In this document: positions 40,603 to 49,073 of the stretch, piece after piece
How the letters are laid out: the number at the start of each line of letters is the position of its first letter
Position numbering within the stretch: position 1 is the stretch's first letter
Made by a program: the position numbers and the translations under genes
Assembly: GCA_965222375.1 (NCBI GenBank)
Contig: CBDCTZ010000016.1
Span: 1,920,001-1,984,000 of the forward strand
Origin: Polyangiaceae bacterium
GTDB taxonomy: Bacteria; Myxococcota_A; Polyangia; Polyangiales; Polyangiaceae
Reading direction: 5' to 3'
Length of the DNA stretch: 64,000 bases
The notes under the pieces: generated by a model
The model's database searches: none
What the model was told of the DNA's origin: nothing
The model's input: the letters and a program-made list of their open reading frames with translations, nothing else

Positions 40603-41625
40603 TCAGAAGAATCGGCCAAACGGATCGCTCGCTTTGGGCGCAGGAGGGTTTGTGCTCGGCCGAGGCGCTGCGCTGGGCTTGGGCGAGATCGGGGGGCTCT
40701 TCGCGGTCGGACTGATTGGCGACTGCGCGGTGGTCGTAGGCGCCGGCATCTTCGTAGGTGCGGGGGTCGCAACCGGCGTCAGTGCCGTGGACTTCGCTGG
40801 CGTGGTTTTCGCGGGAGCCGTTTGTCTGGCAGTCGGACTTGGAGTCGCGAGTGCGGCAGGCGCAACTCGAGTTGACGCACTCTCTGGCTCAGTGGTCCGT
40901 GCTTCGCCACTTTTCTTCGACCAACCCGTCGCCAGCACTGCCACCACTCCACCCAACAGCAACACCCCCACCACCGCGAACTTCCACCCCCGCGCTCGAT
41001 GGGTTGGTGCGCCGTCGACGACGGTTGGCTCGTTATCCGTCGTTGTGTCTGACTCGGTGGCCGGGGCATCCGACTGCGTAGGTGGCGCGTCGTGCTCCGT
41101 GGCTGCCGCCTTGGCTCTCGCCAGCGTACGCAGGCTCTTCTGCGTGGTCGCGCGGCGTGGATCCGCCTCCGGATCGACCTTGATGGTCTCCGTCTCTATC
41201 GTCTCATGATCCGTGGTCGGCGGCAGTGGGCGCGCTTCTGCGTATTCCGTCGCTTGCAACGGGATCTCGATTGGAGTGGGATCAATGGGCTCAGTGCGCT
41301 GGTGACTTCCTGCCAGCGGTGCAGGCGCCGGTTTCGGCAGTGGTTTCCCCTGCTTGGCCGCCTCGATGAGCTCGGGAGGCAAATCTCGGAAATCGTCTGG
41401 CTGAAATTCCTGGGTGTGTAGGGTGTTCGGTTGCGACTTGGGTCCTTGCGATGGGCCTAGGCCGGCTAGTGTGTTCTGCTCGCCCTCGATCGGCGCAGCC
41501 GAGGCGGGGGGCTTCGAGTCCTGGTTTGGTGGTGGATTCAAGCCGCGAAGTGTCCTGCCACTGCCGGGCTTGGCGCCGGTGTCGACGCCCCGGAGGGTGC
41601 TGCCGTTTTTGGCGCCTTCGCTCAT
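40603..41625 (-). CDS. Pro/Thr-rich single-pass membrane protein A (copy A2)
   Basis: Starts MSEGAKNG like A1; TM 'WKFAVVGVLLLGGVVAVLA'. Confidence 0.7.
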   Translation of the reverse strand: MSEGAKNGSTLRGVDTGAKPGSGRTLRGLNPPPNQDSKPPASAAPIEGEQNTLAGLGPSQGPKSQPNTLHTQEFQPDDFRDLPPELIEAAKQGKPLPKPAPAPLAGSHQRTEPIDPTPIEIPLQATEYAEARPLPPTTDHETIETETIKVDPEADPRRATTQKSLRTLARAKAAATEHDAPPTQSDAPATESDTTTDNEPTVVDGAPTHRARGWKFAVVGVLLLGGVVAVLATGWSKKSGEARTTEPESASTRVAPAALATPSPTARQTAPAKTTPAKSTALTPVATPAPTKMPAPTTTAQSPISPTAKSPPISPKPSAAPRPSTNPPAPKASDPFGRFF

Positions 41626-41632
41626 GCGAGGG

Positions 41633-42479
41633 TTTGCTGCCCCCGCCCCGCCTCGCTGCGCTCGGCTTGCCCCCCCCTTATGCCGTGCTCGGCGGCCGTC
41701 AGAGCTTCGCGCGAGGCACCGGGGAGCAGGTGGTCTCGCGAAGCGCGCCGAGCCGCCTGCGCGCGGCATGGGCGGGGCTGCGTCGCGTTGGCGTGTAGTG
41801 GAATCGCGACGGCACAACTGGCGGCTTCTGGGTCGTACTCGTACTCGTGCTCGTGCTCGAACTCGTTGTCGTGCTCGTACTCGCACTGGCACTCGTACTC
41901 GCACCCGCATGACCCCCATTTCGAGCATCGCGTCGGAGTCTAGCTCGGGGTGCGCCTGGCTCAAGGCAATTGCGTGCACCAGGGCGTATCGGGCGCTGCA
42001 GCGCTCGAGTTGCTGACAAAGAGCGTTGGCTCGCGCTTTCGCCTCACGTCAGCCCGGGGCTGCCGTCGGGCTTTTGGGGTGAAGCCCGCCAACAGCCCCG
42101 GGCCTTGGAGGTCGATATGCAAAAGCGCAAACAGAGCTTCTTTCGTCGTCGCCAGCTCGAGGAGCGCGCTCGCCTGATGCGCGGGTCGCCCAGTTGGCCG
42201 GAGCAGGTGCTGTTTGGCGCTATCCGTGGTGGCCGGTTGGGAGTGTGCGTGAAGCGTCAGGTGGTGCTGGGCGAGTACATCGCTGACTTCGTGGTGGCGT
42301 CTCGGAAGCTCGTGATTGAGGTCGACGGGCCGCATCATGCCCTGCGCCGCAGTGCCGATGCGCGGCGAGACCGTGCGCTAGCGCGTCTCGGGTGGCGCGT
42401 GTTGCGGGTGAGTGCGGAGGATGTGTGTTGTCGGTTGGAGGATGTGGTGGGCGCGATCCGGGCTGCGGTCGGGTCGTAG
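41633..42479 (+). mobile_element. DUF559-associated repeated element, copy III
   Basis: Near-identical to copies I and II. Confidence 0.7.
42117..42479 (+). CDS. DUF559 endonuclease, copy III
   Basis: Same 120-aa protein. Confidence 0.88.
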   Translation: MQKRKQSFFRRRQLEERARLMRGSPSWPEQVLFGAIRGGRLGVCVKRQVVLGEYIADFVVASRKLVIEVDGPHHALRRSADARRDRALARLGWRVLRVSAEDVCCRLEDVVGAIRAAVGS

Positions 42480-42553
42480 GAGGGGCCTAGTGTGGGCGCC
42501 GCTTCGCTTGGTTGCACGACGTGCAGGATGCGTGGCCAACGCATGGGGTCTTG

Positions 42554-42784
42554 CTAGGCGCGCTTCTTGCGCTTCTTCGTCGTCTTCTTGGCTCGACTGG
42601 GCTGGGCGCTCGCCTGTTTCGGCGGTTTCTTCCCGAGTTTGGCGCGTCGAGCAGCGCCGCGGATCATTTGTCGGGTCCAGTCGCTGATGCCTTGGCCGTG
42701 TAGGGCGGCCAGAGCAACGACCATTGCGTGCTCCTCTTCGCTGAGCACCACGTTGAGGCGCTTGGTGCGCTCGATGACGGCCAT
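42554..42784 (-). CDS. Small ribbon-helix-helix-like protein with Lys/Arg tail
   Basis: Paralog of 37743-37967. Confidence 0.65.
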   Translation of the reverse strand: MAVIERTKRLNVVLSEEEHAMVVALAALHGQGISDWTRQMIRGAARRAKLGKKPPKQASAQPSRAKKTTKKRKKRA

Positions 42785-42788
42785 CGTG

Positions 42789-44285
42789 CTACTTCACCTC
42801 GACGACGTCCTGCGCGAGGCCGTCGATGCCGTCGTTGCTGCCGGGTTTGCCGCCGATGCCGGGCGCGCCCTTCTTGCCCGGGGTGATTGTCGTGTTGCTG
42901 TCGACGGTGGGTGCGGTGCCTTTGTGGACAATGCCAGCGCTCACTCCTCCGGCTCCGCCGCCGCCGGCTCCACCGTTGCCGCCCGGACCGCCGATACCAC
43001 CCTGGCAGCCGAAGTTGTCTCCGTTGCCGCGTGCACCACCCGGTGACTGTCCAGGTTGGCCCGCAACGCCCTTTCCACCGGCTCCTGCGTCGTCACTTGC
43101 TAGCTGGCTCTGCGCCACTGACACATTTGAGTCCAGCACCAGCAGCGCGATGCTTGCTCCGCCTCCATCGCCGCCACTCGCGGCAGCTCCGCCGCAACCA
43201 CCACAGCCCCCGCTTCCGCCACCGCCGCCGTCCGTCGAGCCGCCCCCGCCCCCCCCACCCTGGCCAGGCGCGCCGACAGTGCCCTGCGCACCCGATGTTG
43301 CCGTCCAGCCTCCCGACGTCAGACTGCCGAGCGTGGCTGCCCCAGTGCCATGCTGATCACCTGCTCCCGCGCTTCCGTCTTGACCGCTGGTGCACGTCTT
43401 GCCGGCACTCCCGCCACCCCCAAGTGTTCCGGTCTGGCCGGGCCCGCCGCCGGTCGCGCTAACCCCACCGTTGCCGCCGGTTCCGCCAATGGTCGTGCCC
43501 CCCGCAGGACAGATGCAAGACTTGACCGCGCCGCCGGTGTCCGCGGTTGCTGAATTGCCCTTCAGACTCGCGGCCGAGGGTTGGGTCACTGACTGCAAGG
43601 TTCCATCCTTGCCTTTCGCGCCCTTGCCAGCGACCAGGTTCACGCGGGCAAGGGCAGCATCAGAGCTGTTCTTGACGAAGGCTGTGATGCTGCTTTCGCC
43701 CGGGTCGCTGGCGTCCATGGCTTCAAAGTTGATGTCTTCAATCACGACGGGCGCGCTGGCGGCGTCGATGTCGAGAACAATGCCTCGCGTGGTGGGTTTG
43801 ACTTCGGGGCGGCCCGTGGCGGCGTAGGCCCACGCGCCACAGTCGAAGCCTCCGTAGAGCTTGGCGCCGCCATCAATCGTGAGCCTTTCGTCATAGGTGG
43901 TATTGCACACCAACACAATCTTGCCGCTGGACTTGGCTGCGGTGAGACCCTCGGAAATTGTCTTGAACGGACTGTTCTTGGACCCGCTCCCGGTGCTGCT
44001 TGCAGTGCCGTCGACGAACACCGCGTGCTCGTCCGCGACGAGGCACGACTCCTCGCTAGGGCTCTTCGTGGTGTCGCATGTGCCGCCGTCGCCGCCGCCT
44101 GTGCCACCTTGGCCGCCTGAGCCGGAGGTGCCGCCGAGGCCGGAGTCGCCACCTGCACCAGACGCGCCGCCGGTGGTGGCGCAGGTGTCTGTGTTTTTGC
44201 AGTCACCTGCGAGATCGGAGCACCCTCCCACAACGCACACCGCCACGAGTGCAAGCGGTCCAGCTCCAATGTAGTGGTACCTCAT
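42789..44285 (-). CDS. Gly-rich (PGRS-like) lipoprotein, copy 1
   Basis: Lipobox VGGC; C-terminal 23 aa identical to copy 2. Confidence 0.8.
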   Translation of the reverse strand: MRYHYIGAGPLALVAVCVVGGCSDLAGDCKNTDTCATTGGASGAGGDSGLGGTSGSGGQGGTGGGDGGTCDTTKSPSEESCLVADEHAVFVDGTASSTGSGSKNSPFKTISEGLTAAKSSGKIVLVCNTTYDERLTIDGGAKLYGGFDCGAWAYAATGRPEVKPTTRGIVLDIDAASAPVVIEDINFEAMDASDPGESSITAFVKNSSDAALARVNLVAGKGAKGKDGTLQSVTQPSAASLKGNSATADTGGAVKSCICPAGGTTIGGTGGNGGVSATGGGPGQTGTLGGGGSAGKTCTSGQDGSAGAGDQHGTGAATLGSLTSGGWTATSGAQGTVGAPGQGGGGGGGSTDGGGGGSGGCGGCGGAAASGGDGGGASIALLVLDSNVSVAQSQLASDDAGAGGKGVAGQPGQSPGGARGNGDNFGCQGGIGGPGGNGGAGGGGAGGVSAGIVHKGTAPTVDSNTTITPGKKGAPGIGGKPGSNDGIDGLAQDVVEVK

Positions 44286-44318
44286 ACTCAAACCCTCCAA
44301 GCAACAGACACCGTCTAC

Positions 44319-45413
44319 CTAGAACCGACCACCCAGCGACAGCTTGGCGCCTGTGGGTGCAACGTTGAGTTCAGGTCGCACCCGCGCGGCGCGTTCGGAC
44401 GCTGGCCACATGATGTAGGCGACGGTGCCCAACGCTGCAGCGCCTGCGATGCCAAAACCAACGTAGGAGATGTTGCGTTTGCGGTCGGTGGAGTCGATCG
44501 CTTCGGCCAACTCGTCGCACCTTGGGTCCGAGCTTCGCGAGCAACTTCCATCACCAGGCAATTGGTTGTCCAAGTTCTCGGCGTCGGACTCGCTCCCGTC
44601 TGCTGAAAGCGTGAACCCCACGCCGACCGCAAGGCCCGCCAGGGTGACACCGCCGCCAATCAGCACTCCGGGAAGAATGTCGCGCTTGGTGGCTGCGTTT
44701 GTGCTGTCGTGACCGTGCTGCGAGCCTGACGGTCGCGATCCTGAGTTGGAGAGCCCGCTGTCAACAAACGGTGGCGTCGCCGTTGACTTTGCCAGCACGA
44801 GTGAGACCGACTGCTTCCCTCCACGTGTCGCCGTCACGCTTCGTTCCTTGGGGTCGTGACCTTTCGCAGACGCTCGGATCGAGTGCTGGCCGGGTGCTAG
44901 GAAGAGCGTTTCGGCCTCAAGGTCGACTTTGTCGCCGTCCACACGAAGAACTGCATCGTTTGGTTCCACGCTGACGGTGAGAACCGTCACTTCCCGTTTA
45001 GCGGACTTGAACAGATCTTCGACGGCAGCACGCTTCTTGGCATTCTCGCTGGGCGGGAAATGGCGCAACGAGAAAGAAAGGTACCGCGCTGCGTCAGCAT
45101 GCTTTCCCAGTTTCAGCGCGGCGTGACCAAGATTCGTCGCCGTATCGTAAGAGGGTTGAACTTGGAATGAACGCAGAAACAGCCCGTGGGCCTTCGACCA
45201 TTTCTTCGCTTTCCAGGCAGCCTTGCCTTGCTTGAACAAATCGGCCGCCGCTCCTGCTTTCGCCGCTCCATTCGCAGGCTGCGCCATCGCGCTGGAAGGC
45301 GACAGCAGCGCCGGCCCAACCAGTGCCAAGACCAACATTGGCCCGAATGCCGGGGATCCGAACCGTGGGAACAACGAGAAGCGTCGACTTTGGAAGAAAG
45401 ACATCGCTGACAT
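44319..45413 (-). CDS. TPR + PEGA-domain protein, copy 1
   Basis: Same architecture; ends LSLGGRF. Confidence 0.8.
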   Translation of the reverse strand: MSAMSFFQSRRFSLFPRFGSPAFGPMLVLALVGPALLSPSSAMAQPANGAAKAGAAADLFKQGKAAWKAKKWSKAHGLFLRSFQVQPSYDTATNLGHAALKLGKHADAARYLSFSLRHFPPSENAKKRAAVEDLFKSAKREVTVLTVSVEPNDAVLRVDGDKVDLEAETLFLAPGQHSIRASAKGHDPKERSVTATRGGKQSVSLVLAKSTATPPFVDSGLSNSGSRPSGSQHGHDSTNAATKRDILPGVLIGGGVTLAGLAVGVGFTLSADGSESDAENLDNQLPGDGSCSRSSDPRCDELAEAIDSTDRKRNISYVGFGIAGAAALGTVAYIMWPASERAARVRPELNVAPTGAKLSLGGRF

Positions 45414-46549
45414 CAGAAAATCAACTCATCAGGGCCCGAAGATGAAGTCCCGGGATCTGATGGCGCGGGCTTCGGTGCGGACTCCCGTGAAGCGGCTCCA
45501 GCGCCGGCCTGCGTCTTCGGCTTGGCCGAAGCACTCGGCGGTGCGGCCTTTGGTTTTGCGGCAGGTCGTGACTCTGTGCCCGCTTGCTTGACCTTTGTCT
45601 TCGAGGACGCTGGCGCCTTGACTGGCGCTGGAGCCGTGACTGGTACGACTGGCGTGGACTTCGCTGGCGTGGCTCTCGTGGGAGTTGTTTGCCTCGCAGT
45701 TAGATTTGGAGTCGCGAGTGGTGCAGGCGCAACTTGAGTTGACGCACCTTCTGGTTCGGTGGTGCGCGCTTCTCGATGGTTCTTCGACCAACCCGTCGCC
45801 AGCACCGCCACCAGTCCACCCAAGAGCAACACCCCCACCAGCGCGAACTTCCATCCTCGTCCTCGATCGGTTGGTGCTCCGTCGACGATGGTTGGCTCGG
45901 TGTCCGTCGTTGCCGTGTCCGTCGCGGCGGCCGGCGCGTCAGACTGCGTGGGTGGCGCGTCAGACTGCGTAGGTAGCGCATCGGATTGCACAGGCGGCAC
46001 GTCTGACTCGGTGGGTGACGCGTCGGGGTCGGTGGCTGCCGCCTTGGCTCTCGCCAGCGTACGCAAACTCTTCTGCGTGGTCGCTCTCCGTGGATCCGCC
46101 TCGGGATCGACCTTGATTGTCTCCGTCTCGATCGTCTTGTGATCCGTCGTCGGCGGCAGCGGCCGCGCCTCCGCGTATTCCGTCGCTTGCAACGGGATTT
46201 CCACGGGCGTCGGATCAATGGGCTCAGTGCGCTGGTGACTTCCTGCGAGAGGCGCAGCTGCTGGCTTCGGCAGTGGCTTCCCCTGCTTGGCCAGCTCGAT
46301 GAGCTCGGGCGGCAAATCTCGAAACTCGTCCGGGTGGAACTCCTGCGTGTGCAGGGTGTTCGGTGGCGGCTTGGGTCCTTGCGACGGGCCCATGTCGGCT
46401 AGTGTGTTCTGCTCGCCCTCGACCGAGGCGGGGGGCTTCGAATCCTGGTTTGGTGGTGGATTCAAGCCGCGAAGCGTCCTGCCACTGCCGGGCTCGGCGC
46501 CGGCGTTGACGCCCCGGAGGGTGCTGCCGTTTTTGGCGCCTTCGCTCAT
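45413..46549 (-). CDS. Pro/Thr-rich single-pass membrane protein A (intact copy A1)
   Basis: MSEGAKNG...TM...PDELIF; an alternative start at 46588 is possible. Confidence 0.7.
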   Translation of the reverse strand: MSEGAKNGSTLRGVNAGAEPGSGRTLRGLNPPPNQDSKPPASVEGEQNTLADMGPSQGPKPPPNTLHTQEFHPDEFRDLPPELIELAKQGKPLPKPAAAPLAGSHQRTEPIDPTPVEIPLQATEYAEARPLPPTTDHKTIETETIKVDPEADPRRATTQKSLRTLARAKAAATDPDASPTESDVPPVQSDALPTQSDAPPTQSDAPAAATDTATTDTEPTIVDGAPTDRGRGWKFALVGVLLLGGLVAVLATGWSKNHREARTTEPEGASTQVAPAPLATPNLTARQTTPTRATPAKSTPVVPVTAPAPVKAPASSKTKVKQAGTESRPAAKPKAAPPSASAKPKTQAGAGAASRESAPKPAPSDPGTSSSGPDELIF

Positions 46550-46706
46550 GCGAGGAGTGCCTCGGGTGGAGGGGACGACGACCCGCATGGACGATTCGTA
46601 GCCCTCTCGGTGACTGCGGCCAAGTCTTGTGGCTTCATCGGTGGCCTCGCACATCGACCGCCCCCAGTCGGTCCCATCTCGATCGAGTTTCCACTTTTTT
46701 TCAGCA

Positions 46707-48980
46707 TCACAATCCGGAGGACGGGAGCCGTCTCGGTGATGGGGCAATGGTAGCAGCTGGAGCGGGGGCGACGCCGGTTCTGGCCGGTGATTTGGGGCGT
46801 TTCGGCCCGGCGACCGGTGGTCCGGGCTGGGCCGCTGGGCTGGCCCGCGGAGTGCTGGGCGCCTTGTCAGGCTGAGCTCGGGGTGCGGATGCGGTCGGGG
46901 TGGGTACGGGGGAGGCGATCGCGGGAGGGGCGATTGCGGGAGGGGCGATTGCGGGAGGGGCGATTGCGGGAGGGGCGATTGCGGGAGGGTGCGACACGCC
47001 AGGCGCTCCTTTTCCAGCCGGCGGGCCAGGCACGGGGGGACTGGGCGCTGCCTCATGTACGGGTTTCGGGAGCAGCCATCCGAGTGCACCGACGCACGTT
47101 GCCGCGGTCAGCGCGATCGCGAAGGCCAGCAGCGGGTCGAAGCGTGCGCCCTCCGCCCCGATCGCTGGGGGCGCGTTTGGCTTCGGTCTCGCCACTTGCG
47201 CGTGGGCGGTCTGGTCGCGGGCGGCCTCTCGGCTGGGGGCTGGCACGGCGTTGGGTTGCGCGGTGTCGTTCGCGCGTTCGGGGGGCGGGGCTGGGGCTGG
47301 TTCTTCGGATGGGTTCGGATCGTCGGAGAGATCGATGGACTCGGTTTCGACGCCCAGGTCCCGGGTGCTAGCGGCGGAGAGAACGAACTTTGCCAACTCG
47401 GCACGCGCCAGCTCCGAGTCCTCGGGGCCGCCGAGAGCGAGTGCCAACAGTGCGCCGCGCGGTGCGGGATGCGACTCGCTGGGCGTGCGCGCGAATGCCA
47501 CCAACACGGAGAAGGCGAAGTTCCGCGTGTCCTCGTCCAGCTGGGCCATTCGCTTCAATGCGTTGTTTGCGGCATCGGACAGGTGCTCCGGCGCAAGCAA
47601 GACGGCAGCTCCGCGCAGCAGGTCGATGCGATCCGTGTAGTGCGGTTGGGAACGACCTGGCTTCCAACCGCCCTCCAGCGCCGTCCGTCGAATGGTGTTC
47701 AAGACATAGCCAACTCGAACGCCCTCGCGCAGCCCTGCAGCGCCAAAAGCATGGCGGTGACTCGCGAGCACGGTTGGCCTGGTCTGCGCCATGCCCGAAG
47801 CGAGGTCTCGCAGCAAGCCGCGGAAACGCCGGTCCTGACCTTCCACGGCAGCCATGGTGCGCATGCCGCGTTCGATGTCGGTGAGCTCCGGCGACGCGCA
47901 GGCGAAGCGTGCGGCGCCACACACCAGTGCGGCGTCCATCGAGACCTGAGGCTCAGCTCCGCCAATTGGCACCGGCCCGGAGGCGTGGGAGGAGACCAGT
48001 TTGCGGGAGCTGCGGTTTTTTGCGGGATCAACGTTCGCGCCCGTGCGGTCTGATGGGCTTCGTGCGGCTGGCGCTCCGACTCGCGTCAGTGCCTTGCTCA
48101 GATCCGAGGAAAGCTCCGCCATGGATTGCTGGCGCGCGTCCGGCTCTTTGGCGAGTGCTCGCATCACGATCGCGTTCACGTAGTCCGGCACGTCCGGAGC
48201 GAACTCGACCACGGACCGGGGCTCCGTGAAGATCTGGCGCAGACCGAGCTCCATGGGTGCGGGAAGGTCGAGCGGGCCGTCGCCTTCGCTCCAGCAATGC
48301 CGTCCTGCGAACATTTCGTACAGGATATGGCCAACGGCGTACACGTCGGAGCGCGCATCGGAGCGCCCAGCCTGCAATGCCTCGGGCGCTGCATAGGCCT
48401 GAGTGCCGAGCACTCTCAATCGGTCGGTGGTGCGAAGCTCGACGGGTCGGAGCTTGTTCCTGATCTTGCTGACCCCGAAGTCGAGGATCTTGATTGTATC
48501 GTCGGCTTCGAGCACGAAGACGTTCTCTGGCTTCAGATCACGATGCACGACGTCGAGCGCGTGGGCCGCGGCGCAGCCATCGGCGATTTGCACCCCGAAA
48601 CGCAACGCTCGCGCGAGCTCCAAGGCCCCGCGTTCGTTGAGCTCTTCGCGCAGGTTTCTGCCCTCCAGAAGCTGCATCGCGATCCAGACCACTCCGCTGC
48701 AAGGCGATTGCTCGGTGGTCACGCCGCCGTCGCTGATCGGGACCACGTTCGGATGCGAGATTTTCGCCAGCGCGCGGGCTTCCGCCTGCATTCGCTGGGC
48801 GTAGTCCTTCTCCTGTCGGAAAAGCACCTTTAGGGCGACTCGAAGCCCACTCCAATTGTGTGTGGCCTCGTAGATGGCGCCGATGCCACCCTTCGCGAGC
48901 GGACGAACGATGTGGTAGCGGCCCTCGATTTCATCCCCGGCCTCGAACGGCCATTCGCTTTGGTCATCTCGGGTGTCCAT
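46707..48980 (-). CDS. Membrane Ser/Thr protein kinase
   Basis: VALKVL, HRDLKPEN, DFG, APE; TM and Pro-rich tail. Confidence 0.92.
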   Translation of the reverse strand: MDTRDDQSEWPFEAGDEIEGRYHIVRPLAKGGIGAIYEATHNWSGLRVALKVLFRQEKDYAQRMQAEARALAKISHPNVVPISDGGVTTEQSPCSGVVWIAMQLLEGRNLREELNERGALELARALRFGVQIADGCAAAHALDVVHRDLKPENVFVLEADDTIKILDFGVSKIRNKLRPVELRTTDRLRVLGTQAYAAPEALQAGRSDARSDVYAVGHILYEMFAGRHCWSEGDGPLDLPAPMELGLRQIFTEPRSVVEFAPDVPDYVNAIVMRALAKEPDARQQSMAELSSDLSKALTRVGAPAARSPSDRTGANVDPAKNRSSRKLVSSHASGPVPIGGAEPQVSMDAALVCGAARFACASPELTDIERGMRTMAAVEGQDRRFRGLLRDLASGMAQTRPTVLASHRHAFGAAGLREGVRVGYVLNTIRRTALEGGWKPGRSQPHYTDRIDLLRGAAVLLAPEHLSDAANNALKRMAQLDEDTRNFAFSVLVAFARTPSESHPAPRGALLALALGGPEDSELARAELAKFVLSAASTRDLGVETESIDLSDDPNPSEEPAPAPPPERANDTAQPNAVPAPSREAARDQTAHAQVARPKPNAPPAIGAEGARFDPLLAFAIALTAATCVGALGWLLPKPVHEAAPSPPVPGPPAGKGAPGVSHPPAIAPPAIAPPAIAPPAIAPPAIASPVPTPTASAPRAQPDKAPSTPRASPAAQPGPPVAGPKRPKSPARTGVAPAPAATIAPSPRRLPSSGL
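46915..46989. repeat. 15-bp coding tandem repeat x5 (PPAIA)
   Basis: (GCGATTGCGGGAGGG)5, first unit with one mismatch. Confidence 0.9.
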
Positions 48981-49073
48981 TTTGGGGATCTGCAGTTCGG
49001 CGCCGCGGTGGTGCGAGTCTAGCTCGCGGAGTCAGCTCTGTCAGTCGATGCGGCGGAGCTGGCCGGTTTGGCG

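Noticed and set aside
28844..42479. Repeats as integron attC sites or a CRISPR array
   Set aside because: No RYYYAAC/GTTRRRY boxes or integrase were seen. Units are kilobases apart and the variable cores are homologous to each other, unlike spacers.
46876..46888. 13-nt match AGCTCGGGGTGCG between an element variable patch and the kinase gene
   Set aside because: A single short GC-rich match found after the fact; the alternative allele has no equivalent match that I could see.
46550..47089. 558-aa extended version of gene A1
   Set aside because: It overlaps the kinase 3' end in another frame, and homology with A2 begins at about MSEGAKNG.
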